A stretch of 64,000 nucleotides of DNA from an uncultured bacterium (GTDB lineage: Bacteria; Fermentibacterota; Fermentibacteria; Fermentibacterales; JCC-6), in NCBI GenBank assembly GCA_964423505.1, contig CAYREX010000006.1, positions 930 to 64,929 of the forward strand. The letters are read 5' to 3'. Shown piece by piece: positions 24,974 to 36,303 of the stretch (position 1 is its first letter; each line of letters starts with the position of its first letter). Made by a program: the position numbers and the translations under genes. Under the pieces are notes generated by a model that did no database searches, was not told the origin of the DNA, and was given only the letters and a program-made list of their open reading frames with translations.

Positions 24974-26463
24974 GGGCGGCAGCATGGCGGGAGCATGTCC
25001 CGCTGCTGCTCATCGCCGCCCTGTACGCCGTCTGGTCATGGGTCTCCGGGCCGCCGGTCTTCGACTCCCTCGACGGCACGGAGTTCGTGATATGCGCCCG
25101 GGGGCTGGAGATACCCCACCCTCCGGGATACCCGCTGTTCGTCTTCCTCCTCAGGGCGGCCACCGCCATCCTGCCCTGCCCGGTGATCGACTACTCCTGC
25201 GTGCGGGTGGTGACCACGCTGCTTGCAGCGATGGGCCTTCTGGCGGCCCGGGCGGCGCTGCGCGAGCTGGGGCTCGGGCGGGTCGCCAGCACCGGCGGCG
25301 CGCTGCTGTTCTACACGCTTGCCCCGGTGGCCTCGCAGACCAACATCGTGGAGATACACGGCATGGCGATGCTGCTGGCATTCGCCGCCGTCGCCCTGCG
25401 GAGCAGCAGGCTCGGGCCGTACGCGTTCTCCCTCTCCGTCTTCGGAGGGCACCCGGTCTCCGCGCTGCTGCTGCCGCTGGTCCTGACCAGGCGCTTCCGG
25501 GAGAGGTGGGCGGTGCTCGCCGCAATACCGGCGAGCCTGTGGCTCTTCGTCCCCATCCGGGCCACCTTCCCCGCCCTGAGCCACTACTCCTACCCGGCCA
25601 GCCTTGACCTGCTGGGGAGGTACATGGGGCTCTATGGCCCGAGGCTGGACGCTCCGGGGCTCCGGAACCTCTCTGTGATGCTGAAGGACCTGGGGCTCGT
25701 GAGCGGCGGTGCCCTGCTCGGGCTCATCGCCGGAGGAGGCAGGTGGAGGCCCAGGGCGGCAGCCGGCTCTCTGCTCGGTCTCCTGTTCGTCTCATCCTAC
25801 AACATCGTCGACATAGACAGCCTGCTCTGGATCCCCCTGCTGCCCCTGAGCGTCTGGGCGGCGGCAGGTCTGGAGGGGCTCCTGCGGAGGGGGAGGGCGG
25901 GAAGGGCGGCCGCTGCGGTCCTGGTCGCGGCCTCGGTGGCGGCCGGCTCGGTCGGCGCCTGGCGGGGCGGGGACGTATCCGCCTCCCTCCTCTCCAGGGA
26001 CATGCTGAGGGGCGTGGGCTACAGGGGCGCCTACTGTACAGTCGGCTTCGTGACCTTCCACACCGCCTACCTGATGGATGTGGAGGACCGGAGACCGGAC
26101 ATCATACCCCTTGACACCTACGAGTGCTACTACAGGCTGCCCCCGCCGGACTCCCTCCCTCCGGAGATAGCGGGCAGGACGGTATTCACCACCAGGGGCT
26201 GGGAGCAGGACAGGATGAAGCTGGCCGGCATGCTCTTCACCTCGGACACCATGTCGGTGGACTGGGAGATGTTCGACATCTTCCGGCGGGACCACGACAT
26301 ACCGGACGGCTACGCCAGCGACGCAGTGGCCGAGGTATGGGCGCGCAGGGCGATACAGACAGAGGACCCGATGCTCCGGGACAGCTTCGAGAAGCGGGCC
26401 ATGGACTACGCCGTCTCCCCGCTGGCCACCCGGCGGATACAGATCATCCTTGAGACGCTCTGA
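24970..26463 (+). CDS. DUF2723/TMEM260-like GT-C fold membrane protein (putative O-mannosyltransferase-like glycosyltransferase)
   Basis: N-terminal DGTEFV...HPPGYPLF motif characteristic of DUF2723/TMEM260 proteins; polytopic; ATGA coupling to the upstream gene. Confidence 0.5.
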   Translation: MRAAAWREHVPLLLIAALYAVWSWVSGPPVFDSLDGTEFVICARGLEIPHPPGYPLFVFLLRAATAILPCPVIDYSCVRVVTTLLAAMGLLAARAALRELGLGRVASTGGALLFYTLAPVASQTNIVEIHGMAMLLAFAAVALRSSRLGPYAFSLSVFGGHPVSALLLPLVLTRRFRERWAVLAAIPASLWLFVPIRATFPALSHYSYPASLDLLGRYMGLYGPRLDAPGLRNLSVMLKDLGLVSGGALLGLIAGGGRWRPRAAAGSLLGLLFVSSYNIVDIDSLLWIPLLPLSVWAAAGLEGLLRRGRAGRAAAAVLVAASVAAGSVGAWRGGDVSASLLSRDMLRGVGYRGAYCTVGFVTFHTAYLMDVEDRRPDIIPLDTYECYYRLPPPDSLPPEIAGRTVFTTRGWEQDRMKLAGMLFTSDTMSVDWEMFDIFRRDHDIPDGYASDAVAEVWARRAIQTEDPMLRDSFEKRAMDYAVSPLATRRIQIILETL

Positions 26464-28849
26464 CGACCGGAGCGTGACCGCCGCCAGGGTCGCCCTCGCG
26501 GTGGTCTGCCTGCTCTACTGCCTGACGCCGATACACAACGGCAACTTCTTCTGGCACCTGAGGAACGGCGAGGACATCCTGGACACCGGCGTCATCCGGA
26601 CGGAGGACCCCTTCACCTGGACCGCCGAGGGCTGTCACTGGCTGCAGCAGGAGTGGCTGTCGGAGGTCCTCTTCGCAGCGTCCTACCGGGTGGGCGGCGA
26701 GGCGGGGCCCATACTCCTGAAGGGGCTGGCCGTGATGGCGGCGGTCCTCCTGGCCACGGGTGCCGCCGGAAGGCTCGGTGCCGGCTGGAAGGGAGTCGTC
26801 CTCGTCGGCGTCGCCTGGCTGGCGCTCGCACAGGGGCGCTGGGTGGTCAGGCCGCACGTGCTCACGATCCTGATGTTCAGCCTCTACCTCTACCTCACCG
26901 CCAGGGGCACGGGGGGGCTGCTCCGGTCGCTGCTGGTCTTCGTCCCGCTGCAGGTGGTCTGGGTGAACCTCCACGCCGGCTTCATGGCCGGCTGGTTCCT
27001 CCTTGCCATCCCGGTTGGAGGTGCGCTCCTGGAGAGGCGCCCCCGGGAGGCGCTGCGTCGGGGTGCGGTGCTCTCCGGGGCCGTGCTGGCCAGCGGCCTG
27101 CACCCCAACGGCTTCGAGTCCATCACGTACCTGACCGACTTCCTCTCGAGGCCGCTCTTCAGGCAGACCATCAGGGAGTGGTGGAGCCCGTTCCACCCGA
27201 TGTTCGACCCGGCGCACGCCATCGCCCCGTTCGCGGTGGGGCTGGTGCTCGTCCTGCTGGCCACCTGGGCGGTGGTTCTCCTCGGGCGCCGGAGGATGGA
27301 CCCTCCCAGGATGCTCGGGCTGCTCCTGCTCTCCGCGGCCACCCTGACCACCAGCAGGAACATCGACCTGCTGGCCATGGCCGCCGTCGCATGGGTGGCA
27401 CCGCTGGTCCCGGCCAGGAGGATACCCGCAGCGGTACCGATCGTACTCCTCGCCGCGGCGGCGGCAGTACCGCCCGTCCTCGGGGTGCCAAGGGGGTTCG
27501 GCCCGCCGAGGAGCATGGGCCTGGGGGTGGACTGGGACATCTACCCGGACGGCCTGGCCGACTTCCTGGAGGAGAACCCCGCCCTGCTGGACCTGCGCGT
27601 CCTCAACTCCAACGAGATATCCGGCTACCTGGAGTACCGCTTCGGCGAGCGGCTGCCGCTCTACATGGACGGCAGGTGCCACCTCTACCCGCAGGAGCTG
27701 TACGCGGAGTACATCGCGCTCACCAGGGCCCCGGACCTGTCGCTGGCATCCTACCAGATGGAGGTCGTGTCGGAGAGGGGCTTCGGGCTGGCGCTCCTGG
27801 ACCATCCCCGGAGCGAGGGATCGGTGGCCTACCTGCTGGCGACCCTCCCTGGCTGGAGGGCGGTCTACTGGGACGAGCTGACCGTCGCCTACGCGAGGGA
27901 GCCGGTGCCTCCCGGCGTTCCCACCGCCGGCCTGGAGACGGTCGACCCGCTGCTTCCGGGGGACCTCCTGGAGCGGCCGCTCCACTCGCTGCCGGCTCCC
28001 ATGCTCGAGTCGGAGCTGCTGCCGGCGGCAGGGCTCGGATGGGAGCCGGCCATAACGGCCTCGTCGGCACTGCTCCTCAGGGACTCCTCGGATTGCTCCG
28101 GCTACCGGGCCGGGCTGCTGCCGGACTCCTCGCGGGAGGCGCTCCTCTCCGCTCTCGCGGGGGAGCCGCCCCGCTCGACCGACCCGAGGCTCCTGACGGT
28201 CAGGTGCTGGGCGCTCTGCCGGCAGGGCCTCGCGGAACAGGCGCTGGAGGCGGCCGAAGCCTCCGGGGACGACGCCCTGCTCACCTCCGCCCGGGTGCTG
28301 GCGGGCCTGCCTGCGGAGCCGGGGTCGCAGCCGCCGCCGGTGGTACCCTCCGGCGCGTGGGGACGCTACGCCGACGGCAGCGCCTCCCCGGCGGAGTCGC
28401 TGGCGGTGATGGTATCCTCTCTGGCGGCCTGCGGCCGTCTGCAGGAGTCTGTAGGCTCCGCCGACGCCCTGCTGGACGGTCCGGCGGGAGCGGAGCCCTG
28501 GACCCTCTGCTGCGCCGGTCGGACGCTGGCTCTGGCCGGCGACCGGGAGGGGGCGCTCTCCGCCCTGGACAGGGCACTCGGCCTCTCGGCCAACCCCTAC
28601 ACCCTCACCCTGGCCGGGAGCGTGCTCGGCATGCTGGGCGAGCACGGTGAGGCGGTCCCACTGCTCCGCAGCGCCGTCGAGATGGCCCCCGGCCTGGACC
28701 GCTCCAGGCTGGAGCTGGCCGAGGCGCTCTGGAGGAGCGGACGGATCGCCGAGGCTGCCGCTCACTACCGAACCCTCCGGGAAAGGGGTTATCTTCCCGA
28801 GTCCTCCGCCCTGCGGATGCGCTGGGCCGAGGCGCTGGCCGGCGGCTGA
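26450..28849 (+). CDS. Polytopic membrane protein with C-terminal TPR repeats (GT-C glycosyltransferase-like), 799 aa
   Basis: About 11 TM helices followed by a ~350 aa TPR region (GEHGEAVPLLRSAVEMAP...). Start overlaps the upstream stop. Confidence 0.45.
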   Translation: MRRSDDRSVTAARVALAVVCLLYCLTPIHNGNFFWHLRNGEDILDTGVIRTEDPFTWTAEGCHWLQQEWLSEVLFAASYRVGGEAGPILLKGLAVMAAVLLATGAAGRLGAGWKGVVLVGVAWLALAQGRWVVRPHVLTILMFSLYLYLTARGTGGLLRSLLVFVPLQVVWVNLHAGFMAGWFLLAIPVGGALLERRPREALRRGAVLSGAVLASGLHPNGFESITYLTDFLSRPLFRQTIREWWSPFHPMFDPAHAIAPFAVGLVLVLLATWAVVLLGRRRMDPPRMLGLLLLSAATLTTSRNIDLLAMAAVAWVAPLVPARRIPAAVPIVLLAAAAAVPPVLGVPRGFGPPRSMGLGVDWDIYPDGLADFLEENPALLDLRVLNSNEISGYLEYRFGERLPLYMDGRCHLYPQELYAEYIALTRAPDLSLASYQMEVVSERGFGLALLDHPRSEGSVAYLLATLPGWRAVYWDELTVAYAREPVPPGVPTAGLETVDPLLPGDLLERPLHSLPAPMLESELLPAAGLGWEPAITASSALLLRDSSDCSGYRAGLLPDSSREALLSALAGEPPRSTDPRLLTVRCWALCRQGLAEQALEAAEASGDDALLTSARVLAGLPAEPGSQPPPVVPSGAWGRYADGSASPAESLAVMVSSLAACGRLQESVGSADALLDGPAGAEPWTLCCAGRTLALAGDREGALSALDRALGLSANPYTLTLAGSVLGMLGEHGEAVPLLRSAVEMAPGLDRSRLELAEALWRSGRIAEAAAHYRTLRERGYLPESSALRMRWAEALAGG

Positions 28850-28912
28850 CGCCGGCGGCCCCTGATGCGACGCGCTTGACACGATGACGGACGGACCGAT
28901 CGGAGAAACCTG

Positions 28913-30451
28913 ATGTCGATGATAAAGAGGATGGTCAGCGACTTCCTCGCCAGGCTCGCGCGAAAGCGCGAGGGCGGCGGCGAGGGGGCCATCGAGAAGC
29001 AGAGGAAGAAGGGGAAGCACACCGCACGGGAGCGGGTCGAGATGCTGCTGCTCGACGAGGACAGCTTCCTGGAGATAGACCTCTTCGTCGAGCATACCGC
29101 CAGGGACTTCGGGATGGACCGGAAGGAGCTGGCTGGCGACGGCGTCATAACCGGCTACGGCAGGGTGGCGGACAGGCCGGTCGCGGTCTTCGCCCAGGAC
29201 TTCACCGTTGCCGGAGGCTCGCTGGGAAGGGCTCACGCCAAGAAGATAACCAAGGTCATGGACGTGGCCGCGGAAGGACTAATGCCCCTGGTGGGGATAA
29301 ACGACTCGGGCGGGGCGAGGATACAGGAGGGCGTCGAGTCGCTCTGCGGCTACGGCGAGATATTCTACAGGAACACCAGGCTGAGCGGCGTGGTACCCCA
29401 GATATCGGTGATACTCGGCCCATGCGCCGGCGGCGCGGTCTACTCCCCGGCCCTCACCGACTTCGTCTTCGTGGTCGACAGGATATCCAACATGTTCATC
29501 ACCGGCCCGCAGGTGATCAAGACGGTGCTGGGCGAGGAGGTGACCCAGGAGGAGCTGGGCGGCGCCAGGACCCAGACATCCATAACCGGCAACGCCCACT
29601 TCTACGCGGAGAGCGAGCCGGAGGCCTTCGACCAGGTGAAGAGGCTGCTCTCCTTCCTGCCCGCCAGCTGCTACGAGCTCCCCCCGCATCACAGGCCGGT
29701 CCCGCCGATTCGTCCGCTGGGCGACGACGTGATACCGGACGACCGCCGGGAGGCCTACAGCGTCAGGGACATCATCCGCGGCATCGTCGACGCCTCTGAC
29801 TTCTTCGAGGTGAGCGAGGGCTGGGCGAGGAACATAGTCACCGGCTTCGCCAGGCTGGGCGGCAGGACCGTGGGCGTGATAGCGAACCAGCCCCGGGTGC
29901 TGGCCGGCGTGCTGGACGTGGACGCGTCGGACAAGGCGGCCCGCTTCATACGCTTCTGCGACAGCTTCAACATCCCGCTGCTGACCTTCGTGGACACGCC
30001 CGGATACCTGCCGGGGGTCGACCAGGAGCACGCCGGGGTCATAAGGCACGGGGCGAAGCTCCTCTTCGCCTACTCCGAGGCGACCGTGCCGAAGCTGACC
30101 GTGATAATGCGGAAGGCCTACGGCGGGGCCTACATCGCCATGTGCAGCCGCCACCTGGGCGCCGACTTCGTCGTCTCCTGGCCCTCGGGCGAGATAGCGG
30201 TCATGGGTCCGGAGGGCGCCGCCAACATCATCTTCCGCAGGGAGATACAGGCCGCCGAGGACCCGGAGCAGTGCCGCCGGGAGAAGGTGGCGGAGTACGA
30301 GGAGAAGTTCTCCAACCCGTACGTCGCCGCCGCCAGGGGGTACGTCGACACCATCGTCAGCTCCGGCGGCACGAGGGACGTCCTGCTGCAGGCGCTGGAG
30401 GTGGTCGGCACCAGGACCGCCGGGCCCAAGCACGGCAACATACCCCTCTAG
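28913..30451 (+). CDS. Acyl-CoA carboxylase carboxyltransferase subunit (propionyl-CoA carboxylase beta / methylmalonyl-CoA decarboxylase alpha family)
   Basis: Full-length match to the carboxyltransferase pattern (KGKHTARERVEMLLDEDSF, GVITGYGRV, VAVFAQDFTV). Confidence 0.9.
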   Translation: MSMIKRMVSDFLARLARKREGGGEGAIEKQRKKGKHTARERVEMLLLDEDSFLEIDLFVEHTARDFGMDRKELAGDGVITGYGRVADRPVAVFAQDFTVAGGSLGRAHAKKITKVMDVAAEGLMPLVGINDSGGARIQEGVESLCGYGEIFYRNTRLSGVVPQISVILGPCAGGAVYSPALTDFVFVVDRISNMFITGPQVIKTVLGEEVTQEELGGARTQTSITGNAHFYAESEPEAFDQVKRLLSFLPASCYELPPHHRPVPPIRPLGDDVIPDDRREAYSVRDIIRGIVDASDFFEVSEGWARNIVTGFARLGGRTVGVIANQPRVLAGVLDVDASDKAARFIRFCDSFNIPLLTFVDTPGYLPGVDQEHAGVIRHGAKLLFAYSEATVPKLTVIMRKAYGGAYIAMCSRHLGADFVVSWPSGEIAVMGPEGAANIIFRREIQAAEDPEQCRREKVAEYEEKFSNPYVAAARGYVDTIVSSGGTRDVLLQALEVVGTRTAGPKHGNIPL

Positions 30452-30463
30452 CGGAAGGCTGCT

Positions 30464-30781
30464 ATGTCCGAGAGCGAAGAGCGCCTGGGCAGGCTGAGGA
30501 TAGACGACACGGAGTACAGGACGGAGGTCCCGGAGGGCAGCATCGGCCGCTCACGGGGCGTCGCCGACCCGAGGAAGGTGAGGGCCTTCATACCGGGGAC
30601 CATCGTGGAGGTCCGGGCCGCCGCGGGCGAGCGCGTCGCCCGGGGGGACGTGCTCCTCCTGCTGGAGGCCATGAAGATGTACAACGAGGTCTGCGCCGAG
30701 GTGGACGGGACCGTGGCCGAGGTCCACGTCCGTCCCGGGGAGAGGGTGGCCAAGGACCAGCTCCTGGCGGAGCTGAGCTGA
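30464..30781 (+). CDS. Biotin-requiring protein / biotin carboxyl carrier subunit
   Basis: Biotinyl-lysine motif LLEAMKMYNEV in a ~105 aa protein immediately after the carboxyltransferase. Confidence 0.8.
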   Translation: MSESEERLGRLRIDDTEYRTEVPEGSIGRSRGVADPRKVRAFIPGTIVEVRAAAGERVARGDVLLLLEAMKMYNEVCAEVDGTVAEVHVRPGERVAKDQLLAELS

Positions 30782-30865
30782 CCGCCTGCCCGCAGGGGGT
30801 GCAGAAGGACCGCCCGGCGCCGGAGGGCGCCGGGCGGTCGTCCATGCGGGGCTGTCCGCCGCGGG

Positions 30866-32161
30866 CTACTCCTGACCGGAGCCGTACTGCTCGGCCTTCT
30901 CCATGGCCTCGATGGCCTCGTTCCTCATGCCGAGCCTGCTGTACGTGCTGGCCAGCAGCTCCCAGTACCTGGCGTTCTCAGGAGCGAACTGCAGGGCGGT
31001 CTCCAGGGCCTCGGCGGCCTCCTCGTCCTGCTCCAGCCTGTTGTAGCAGGCGAACTGCGTGTAGTAGACGGAGGCGAGCTCGTCGGGGCTGAGCCCCTCT
31101 ATCCCCAGGGTCTCGCCCAGCCTCTCCAGCGCCTGCTCGTACTCCTCCATGGCGAACCTGACGTTGGCCATGGTGGCGAGTATCAGGTAGTCGTCGCCGA
31201 TGATCTCCCTGGCGGCCTGCAGCTCCGCTATGGCCTCCTGCATCTCCTCCATCTCCATGAGCGCGTAGCCCTTGGAGACGAGCATGTTCGCCCTCAGCTC
31301 GTCGGCCTCGGCCTGGTCCAGCCAGCCCTCGCTCACGCCCACCTCTATCTGCGTCAGGGCCTCGTCGAAGGTCTCGATGGCGGCGTCGTACTCCCCCTCG
31401 AGCATGTAGCTCTCGGCTACGGCCTCCAGGGCGTCGACGTTCGTGGGGTCTATGTCCAGGGCGGCCATGTACTGGTCGCGGGCCTGCTGGAGCAGCTCCG
31501 CAGGCTGGTCCGGCGACTGCTGGGCCATCATGCTGAGGACGCTGCCGGCGTTGTAGTGGGCCTGGAGGGTGGTGAGAGTGACCATGTCCAGGTCCTGGGC
31601 GTAGTACTCGTAGGTCATCGGGTCGTCGGCGTCCTCCAGCTGCGCCTCCAGCTCCGTCATGAGCTCCGCGCCCTTGTCCGCCGCCGAGAGGAACCTCTCG
31701 AGGGCCGCGTCGAGGTCGGAGTTCATGTTCAGCTCGACGTCGCCGAGCATCAGGTCGAAGTTCGGCCTCCCGGGGATTATGGCGTTGCCGGTCTCCAGCA
31801 GGTCCACCGCCTCCGTGACCTCGCCGTCGCCGAGCAGCGTCCCCGCGGCGTTGAAGAAGGTGAACCAGTAATCGGACATGTCGTGCTCGCCCGGAGCCAG
31901 CTCGTGGGCGGTCTGGAGGGAGCGCGCCGACTCGACCCAGTCGCTGAGGCTGGCCTCGGCCCGGCCCTTCCAGTACCAGAGCTCGGCGTCAAGCGAGTCG
32001 CCGGTGGCGATGAGGCTGTCCGCGAGATGGACCGCCGCCTGGTACTCGTTGTTCTGCATGTGGACCTTGATGCCGGTCACTATGGGCGACTGGCATGCCG
32101 TGAGTGCGGCGATCGCCGTCAACGCCAGGGGGATTGCCCAGCGTATGCTCTTTCTCTGCAT
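30866..32161 (-). CDS. TPR-repeat lipoprotein
   Basis: Lipobox LTACQS; multiple TPR-like repeats (AxxxYxxA/G spacing). Confidence 0.6.
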   Translation of the reverse strand: MQRKSIRWAIPLALTAIAALTACQSPIVTGIKVHMQNNEYQAAVHLADSLIATGDSLDAELWYWKGRAEASLSDWVESARSLQTAHELAPGEHDMSDYWFTFFNAAGTLLGDGEVTEAVDLLETGNAIIPGRPNFDLMLGDVELNMNSDLDAALERFLSAADKGAELMTELEAQLEDADDPMTYEYYAQDLDMVTLTTLQAHYNAGSVLSMMAQQSPDQPAELLQQARDQYMAALDIDPTNVDALEAVAESYMLEGEYDAAIETFDEALTQIEVGVSEGWLDQAEADELRANMLVSKGYALMEMEEMQEAIAELQAAREIIGDDYLILATMANVRFAMEEYEQALERLGETLGIEGLSPDELASVYYTQFACYNRLEQDEEAAEALETALQFAPENARYWELLASTYSRLGMRNEAIEAMEKAEQYGSGQE

Positions 32162-32308
32162 CGGGTTGTCCTCCGTTCACTGGCCCCCCTGCCGATGCCG
32201 GGGGCCGATGGGTAATTCAGCTAGGAAATCTAGCCGATTCGGGGGCGAGGTCAATATTGACTTCGGCCGCTTCCCTCTGCAGCGTATGCATCCGTCGGCG
32301 GAGGTAAT

Positions 32309-32782
32309 ATGCCCTCGATCATTGCGATAGCCTACCTTCTCATGGGCCAGCTGGCCGTCTCGGCCAGCGTGGGCCTCGGTCCGGGCGAGTCCCCGGGGGA
32401 TCTCCCGAGGGAGGCGTCGGTCCTCATAGACCGCCAGACCATCGTCTTCCTGGAGAACGGCCGGGAGGTCAACCTGGCCCTGGTCTCGACGGGCAGGACC
32501 GGCTACGACACGCCGGAGGGGGAGTTCAGCGTCCTCTACAGGCGCCGGTCTCCGGTATCCAGCACCTACAACGTCAGGATGCCCTACTGGCTCTGCATAC
32601 ATCCCACGGGACAGATAGGCCTCCACCAGACCTTCCGCAGCGGCACCAACAACCTGGGCACCAGGCAGTCGCACGGCTGCATAAGGATGGGCGAGACCAC
32701 CGCCAGCTGGAGCTACGACTGGCTGAGGGTCGGCTCCCGTGTGAGGGTGCAGGGCGAGGGCCCCAGGCTCCCGGGCAGCTAG
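32309..32782 (+). CDS. L,D-transpeptidase (YkuD domain)
   Basis: Catalytic motif SHGCIRM and the preceding YkuD pattern. Confidence 0.8.
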   Translation: MPSIIAIAYLLMGQLAVSASVGLGPGESPGDLPREASVLIDRQTIVFLENGREVNLALVSTGRTGYDTPEGEFSVLYRRRSPVSSTYNVRMPYWLCIHPTGQIGLHQTFRSGTNNLGTRQSHGCIRMGETTASWSYDWLRVGSRVRVQGEGPRLPGS

Positions 32783-32785
32783 CGG

Positions 32786-33817
32786 CTAGACCAGCTCCGG
32801 GCGCTCCCTCTCCAGCGTGGCCACCACCTTGCGGAGCTCCTGCGCCCTGGCGTCGGACATCACGAGGGTGACGTCCCCGGTGCGGACCACCGAGAGGCCG
32901 CTGACACCGAGCAGGACCGTGAGGCCCTCCTCGCTCCAGACGGTGCAGTCCCCGCTCTCCAGCGACAGGACCTCTCCCCTCCCTGCGCCGCACCGCCTGG
33001 CCGCGGGCCAGTCGCCGGCGTCGTCCCACGCGAACCGGGCAGGTACGACCGCCACCCTCTCCGACCGCTCCATCACCCCGTAGTCAATGGAGACGGCATC
33101 GAGTCGCTCCCATGCCTCCCGCTCCGGCCTCCTGTCCGGGCCGAGCCCCGAAAGGCCCCGGCGGAGCCCGGGAAGGTAGCGCTCCAGCTCCTCCAGGACC
33201 ACCCCGGCCCTGAACACGAAGATGCCGGCGTTCCAGAGGTAGCCGCCGTCGGAGAGAAGCCTGGCGGCCGTCGAGGCGTCCGGCTTCTCCAGGAAGCGGG
33301 ACACCCTGTACGTCCCCTCGAGGACCTCTTCGCCCACCTCGATGTAGCCGTACCCGGTGGCGGGCCTGTCCGGCTGCACGCCGAGGGTCACCATGCGACC
33401 GCCCATAGCCGCGCCCACCGCCGAGGCGAGGTCCTCGGCGAACGTCTCGACGTCGGGCACGATGTGGTCCGAGGGGAGGACGGCCATCGGGGCGGCCCCG
33501 CCCGCCCTCTCCGAGACGGTACCGGCCGCCCAGCCGATGCAGGCGGCGGTGTTCCTGCCCGAGGGCTCCAGCAGGACGTTCCGTGCCGGGAGCTCCGGCA
33601 GCTGATCCCGTACAAGACCGTCGTAGCGCTCCCCGGTCACCACCAGCGTCCTCTCCGGCGGGCAGAGCCGCCGGACCCTGTCAGCGGTGGCCTGTATCAT
33701 CGTCCTGCCGCAGCCGGTCAGGTCGAGGAACTGCTTCGGCCTCTCCCGCGTGGAGACCGGCCAGAACCTGGTTCCCCTCCCTCCCGCCATTATCACGCAG
33801 TGAAGATCACTCATCAA
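32786..33817 (-). CDS. manC: Mannose-1-phosphate guanylyltransferase
   Basis: N-terminal VIMAGGRGTRFWPVSTRERPKQF nucleotidyltransferase motif. Confidence 0.85.
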   Translation of the reverse strand: MMSDLHCVIMAGGRGTRFWPVSTRERPKQFLDLTGCGRTMIQATADRVRRLCPPERTLVVTGERYDGLVRDQLPELPARNVLLEPSGRNTAACIGWAAGTVSERAGGAAPMAVLPSDHIVPDVETFAEDLASAVGAAMGGRMVTLGVQPDRPATGYGYIEVGEEVLEGTYRVSRFLEKPDASTAARLLSDGGYLWNAGIFVFRAGVVLEELERYLPGLRRGLSGLGPDRRPEREAWERLDAVSIDYGVMERSERVAVVPARFAWDDAGDWPAARRCGAGRGEVLSLESGDCTVWSEEGLTVLLGVSGLSVVRTGDVTLVMSDARAQELRKVVATLERERPELV

Positions 33818-34690
33818 TCCCTCCTATGGCGTAGGCGAGGGCGCCCCCCTCCCCTTCCAGGAGCACCTCCCCCCCCTCCAGGTCGGCGACGATGCAGGCC
33901 GGCGCCACCGCCCCTCCCCCGGCGGCCCCGGAGGCGTGCGTGGCGGAGCCGGAGACGAGGAAGAGCGCACCGCCGGGCGGCAGCGATGCCGTCCCGGAGG
34001 TCACGGCCTCCAGGGTGTAGGAGGCACATCCGGGGATGCGGCCGAGGGGGGTCCAGTCCCGGCCGGCCTCAACCGGCCTGCCGCCTGCGCCCCAGTCTAT
34101 CGCGGCGAGTGACTCCTCGACGTGCAGGCGCCTGGCCCTGCCGTCGGCACCGGTCCTGTCCCAGTCGTAGAGCCTGTAAGTCACGTCCGTGTTGGTCTGG
34201 ACCTCCAGGACCGAGACCCCGGGGCCGAGGGAGTGCAACGTACCCGGAGGGACGTGGACGATGTCGCCGGGGGCAAGCGGCCGGCGGAGGAGGACCTCCT
34301 CCGTCCCGCCCCGCTCCACCGCCTCCATGAGCTCCCTCCGGCCGACGCCCTCACGGAGCCCCCCCATCATCCAGGCGTCCGTCGCGGCCTCCAGGACTAT
34401 CCACGTCTCCTCCTTCATGGGCGGTCTACGGTCCCTTCCGGGGTGCACCTGCACCGAGAGGCGGTCGGCGGTGTGAAGGGTCTTCACCAGTAGCGGGTAC
34501 CGCCCGCCGCCGGGCAGCAGCCCCCGGGACACCAGGCCGGCCGCGTCCGTCTCCGGCCCGCCCCCGAGCGGGGTGAGAGGGGAGGAGCCCTCGTCGTCGT
34601 CGTAGAGCCACCAGATCTCGCCGACCGGCGCATCCCCGCCGGGGAGCGCCCCCCATATCCTCTGAACCCTCCTCGGGGAGGCCAGGTATA

Positions 34691-34694
<4 letters not shown>
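33807..34694 (-). CDS. Type I phosphomannose isomerase-like protein
   Basis: QVHP motif (LSVQVHPGRD) and cupin-like layout; adjacent to manC. Confidence 0.6.
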
Positions 34695-35400
<706 letters not shown>

Positions 35401-35404
<4 letters not shown>

Positions 35405-36303
35405 CCCATCTCCGTCATCCTGAGGACCGCCTTCAGGGCAGCCTCGCTGACCTCGCGGGGCAGCTCCACCCGGCCGGTCATGCCCTCCAGGCAGGCGAGG
35501 ACCTTCTCCGGCGTGGTCACCTTCATGTCCTCGCACCTTATCCCGCCCGCAGCCCTGAACCGGCGGTCGGGGAAGAGGGTCTCGAGCCTGTGGACCATCC
35601 CGGCCTCGGTCCCTATGACGAACCGGGCCGCGCCGGACTCGCGCACGCGGCGTATCATCCCACCGGTGCCCATCACCCCGCTGGCCATCTCCCACGCCTC
35701 CGGCGGGGTCTCGGGATGCACCAGCACCTCGGCGTCGGGCCATTCCCGCCGCGCACTCTCCAGGTCTTCGAGGTCCATACCCGCGTGCGGATCGCAGGCG
35801 CCCTGCCAGAGGTGGACGGTCCTCTCCGTGCGGCGGGAGACGAAGGTGCCCAGGTTCCGGTCCGGGCCGAATATCACCTCCTCCGAGGGCACCGCCGAGA
35901 CGACCTCGACGGCGTTGGCGGAGGTGCAGCAGGCGTAGCTCATGGCCTTGGCCTCCGCCGGCGAGTTGACGTACATGACCGTGAGCGCCTCCGGGTGCTC
36001 AAGCTGCATCCGGGCCAGGTCCCCGGTATCCACGCAGTCGGCCAGCACGCAGCCGGCCTCCGGCTCCGGCATGAGGACCGTCTTCGAGGGGGAGAGGATG
36101 CTGGCGGTCTCCGCCATGAAGCGGACCCCGCAGAGGACGATGACCTCCTCCCGGGCCGACGCGGCCCTCCTGCTCAGCTCCAGGGAGTCCCCGACATGGT
36201 CTGCCAGAGCCTGGATGTCCGGGGGCTGGTAGCTGTGAGCGAGTATCACGGCGCCCCGCTCTCTCCTCAGGTCCTCTATCCCGGCGGCTGCTTTCCCGAT
36301 CAT
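35401..36303 (-). CDS. nadA: Quinolinate synthase NadA
   Basis: Internal start MIGKAAAG; NadA pattern throughout (ILAHSYQ, GVRFMAETA, LVHPE). Confidence 0.9.
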
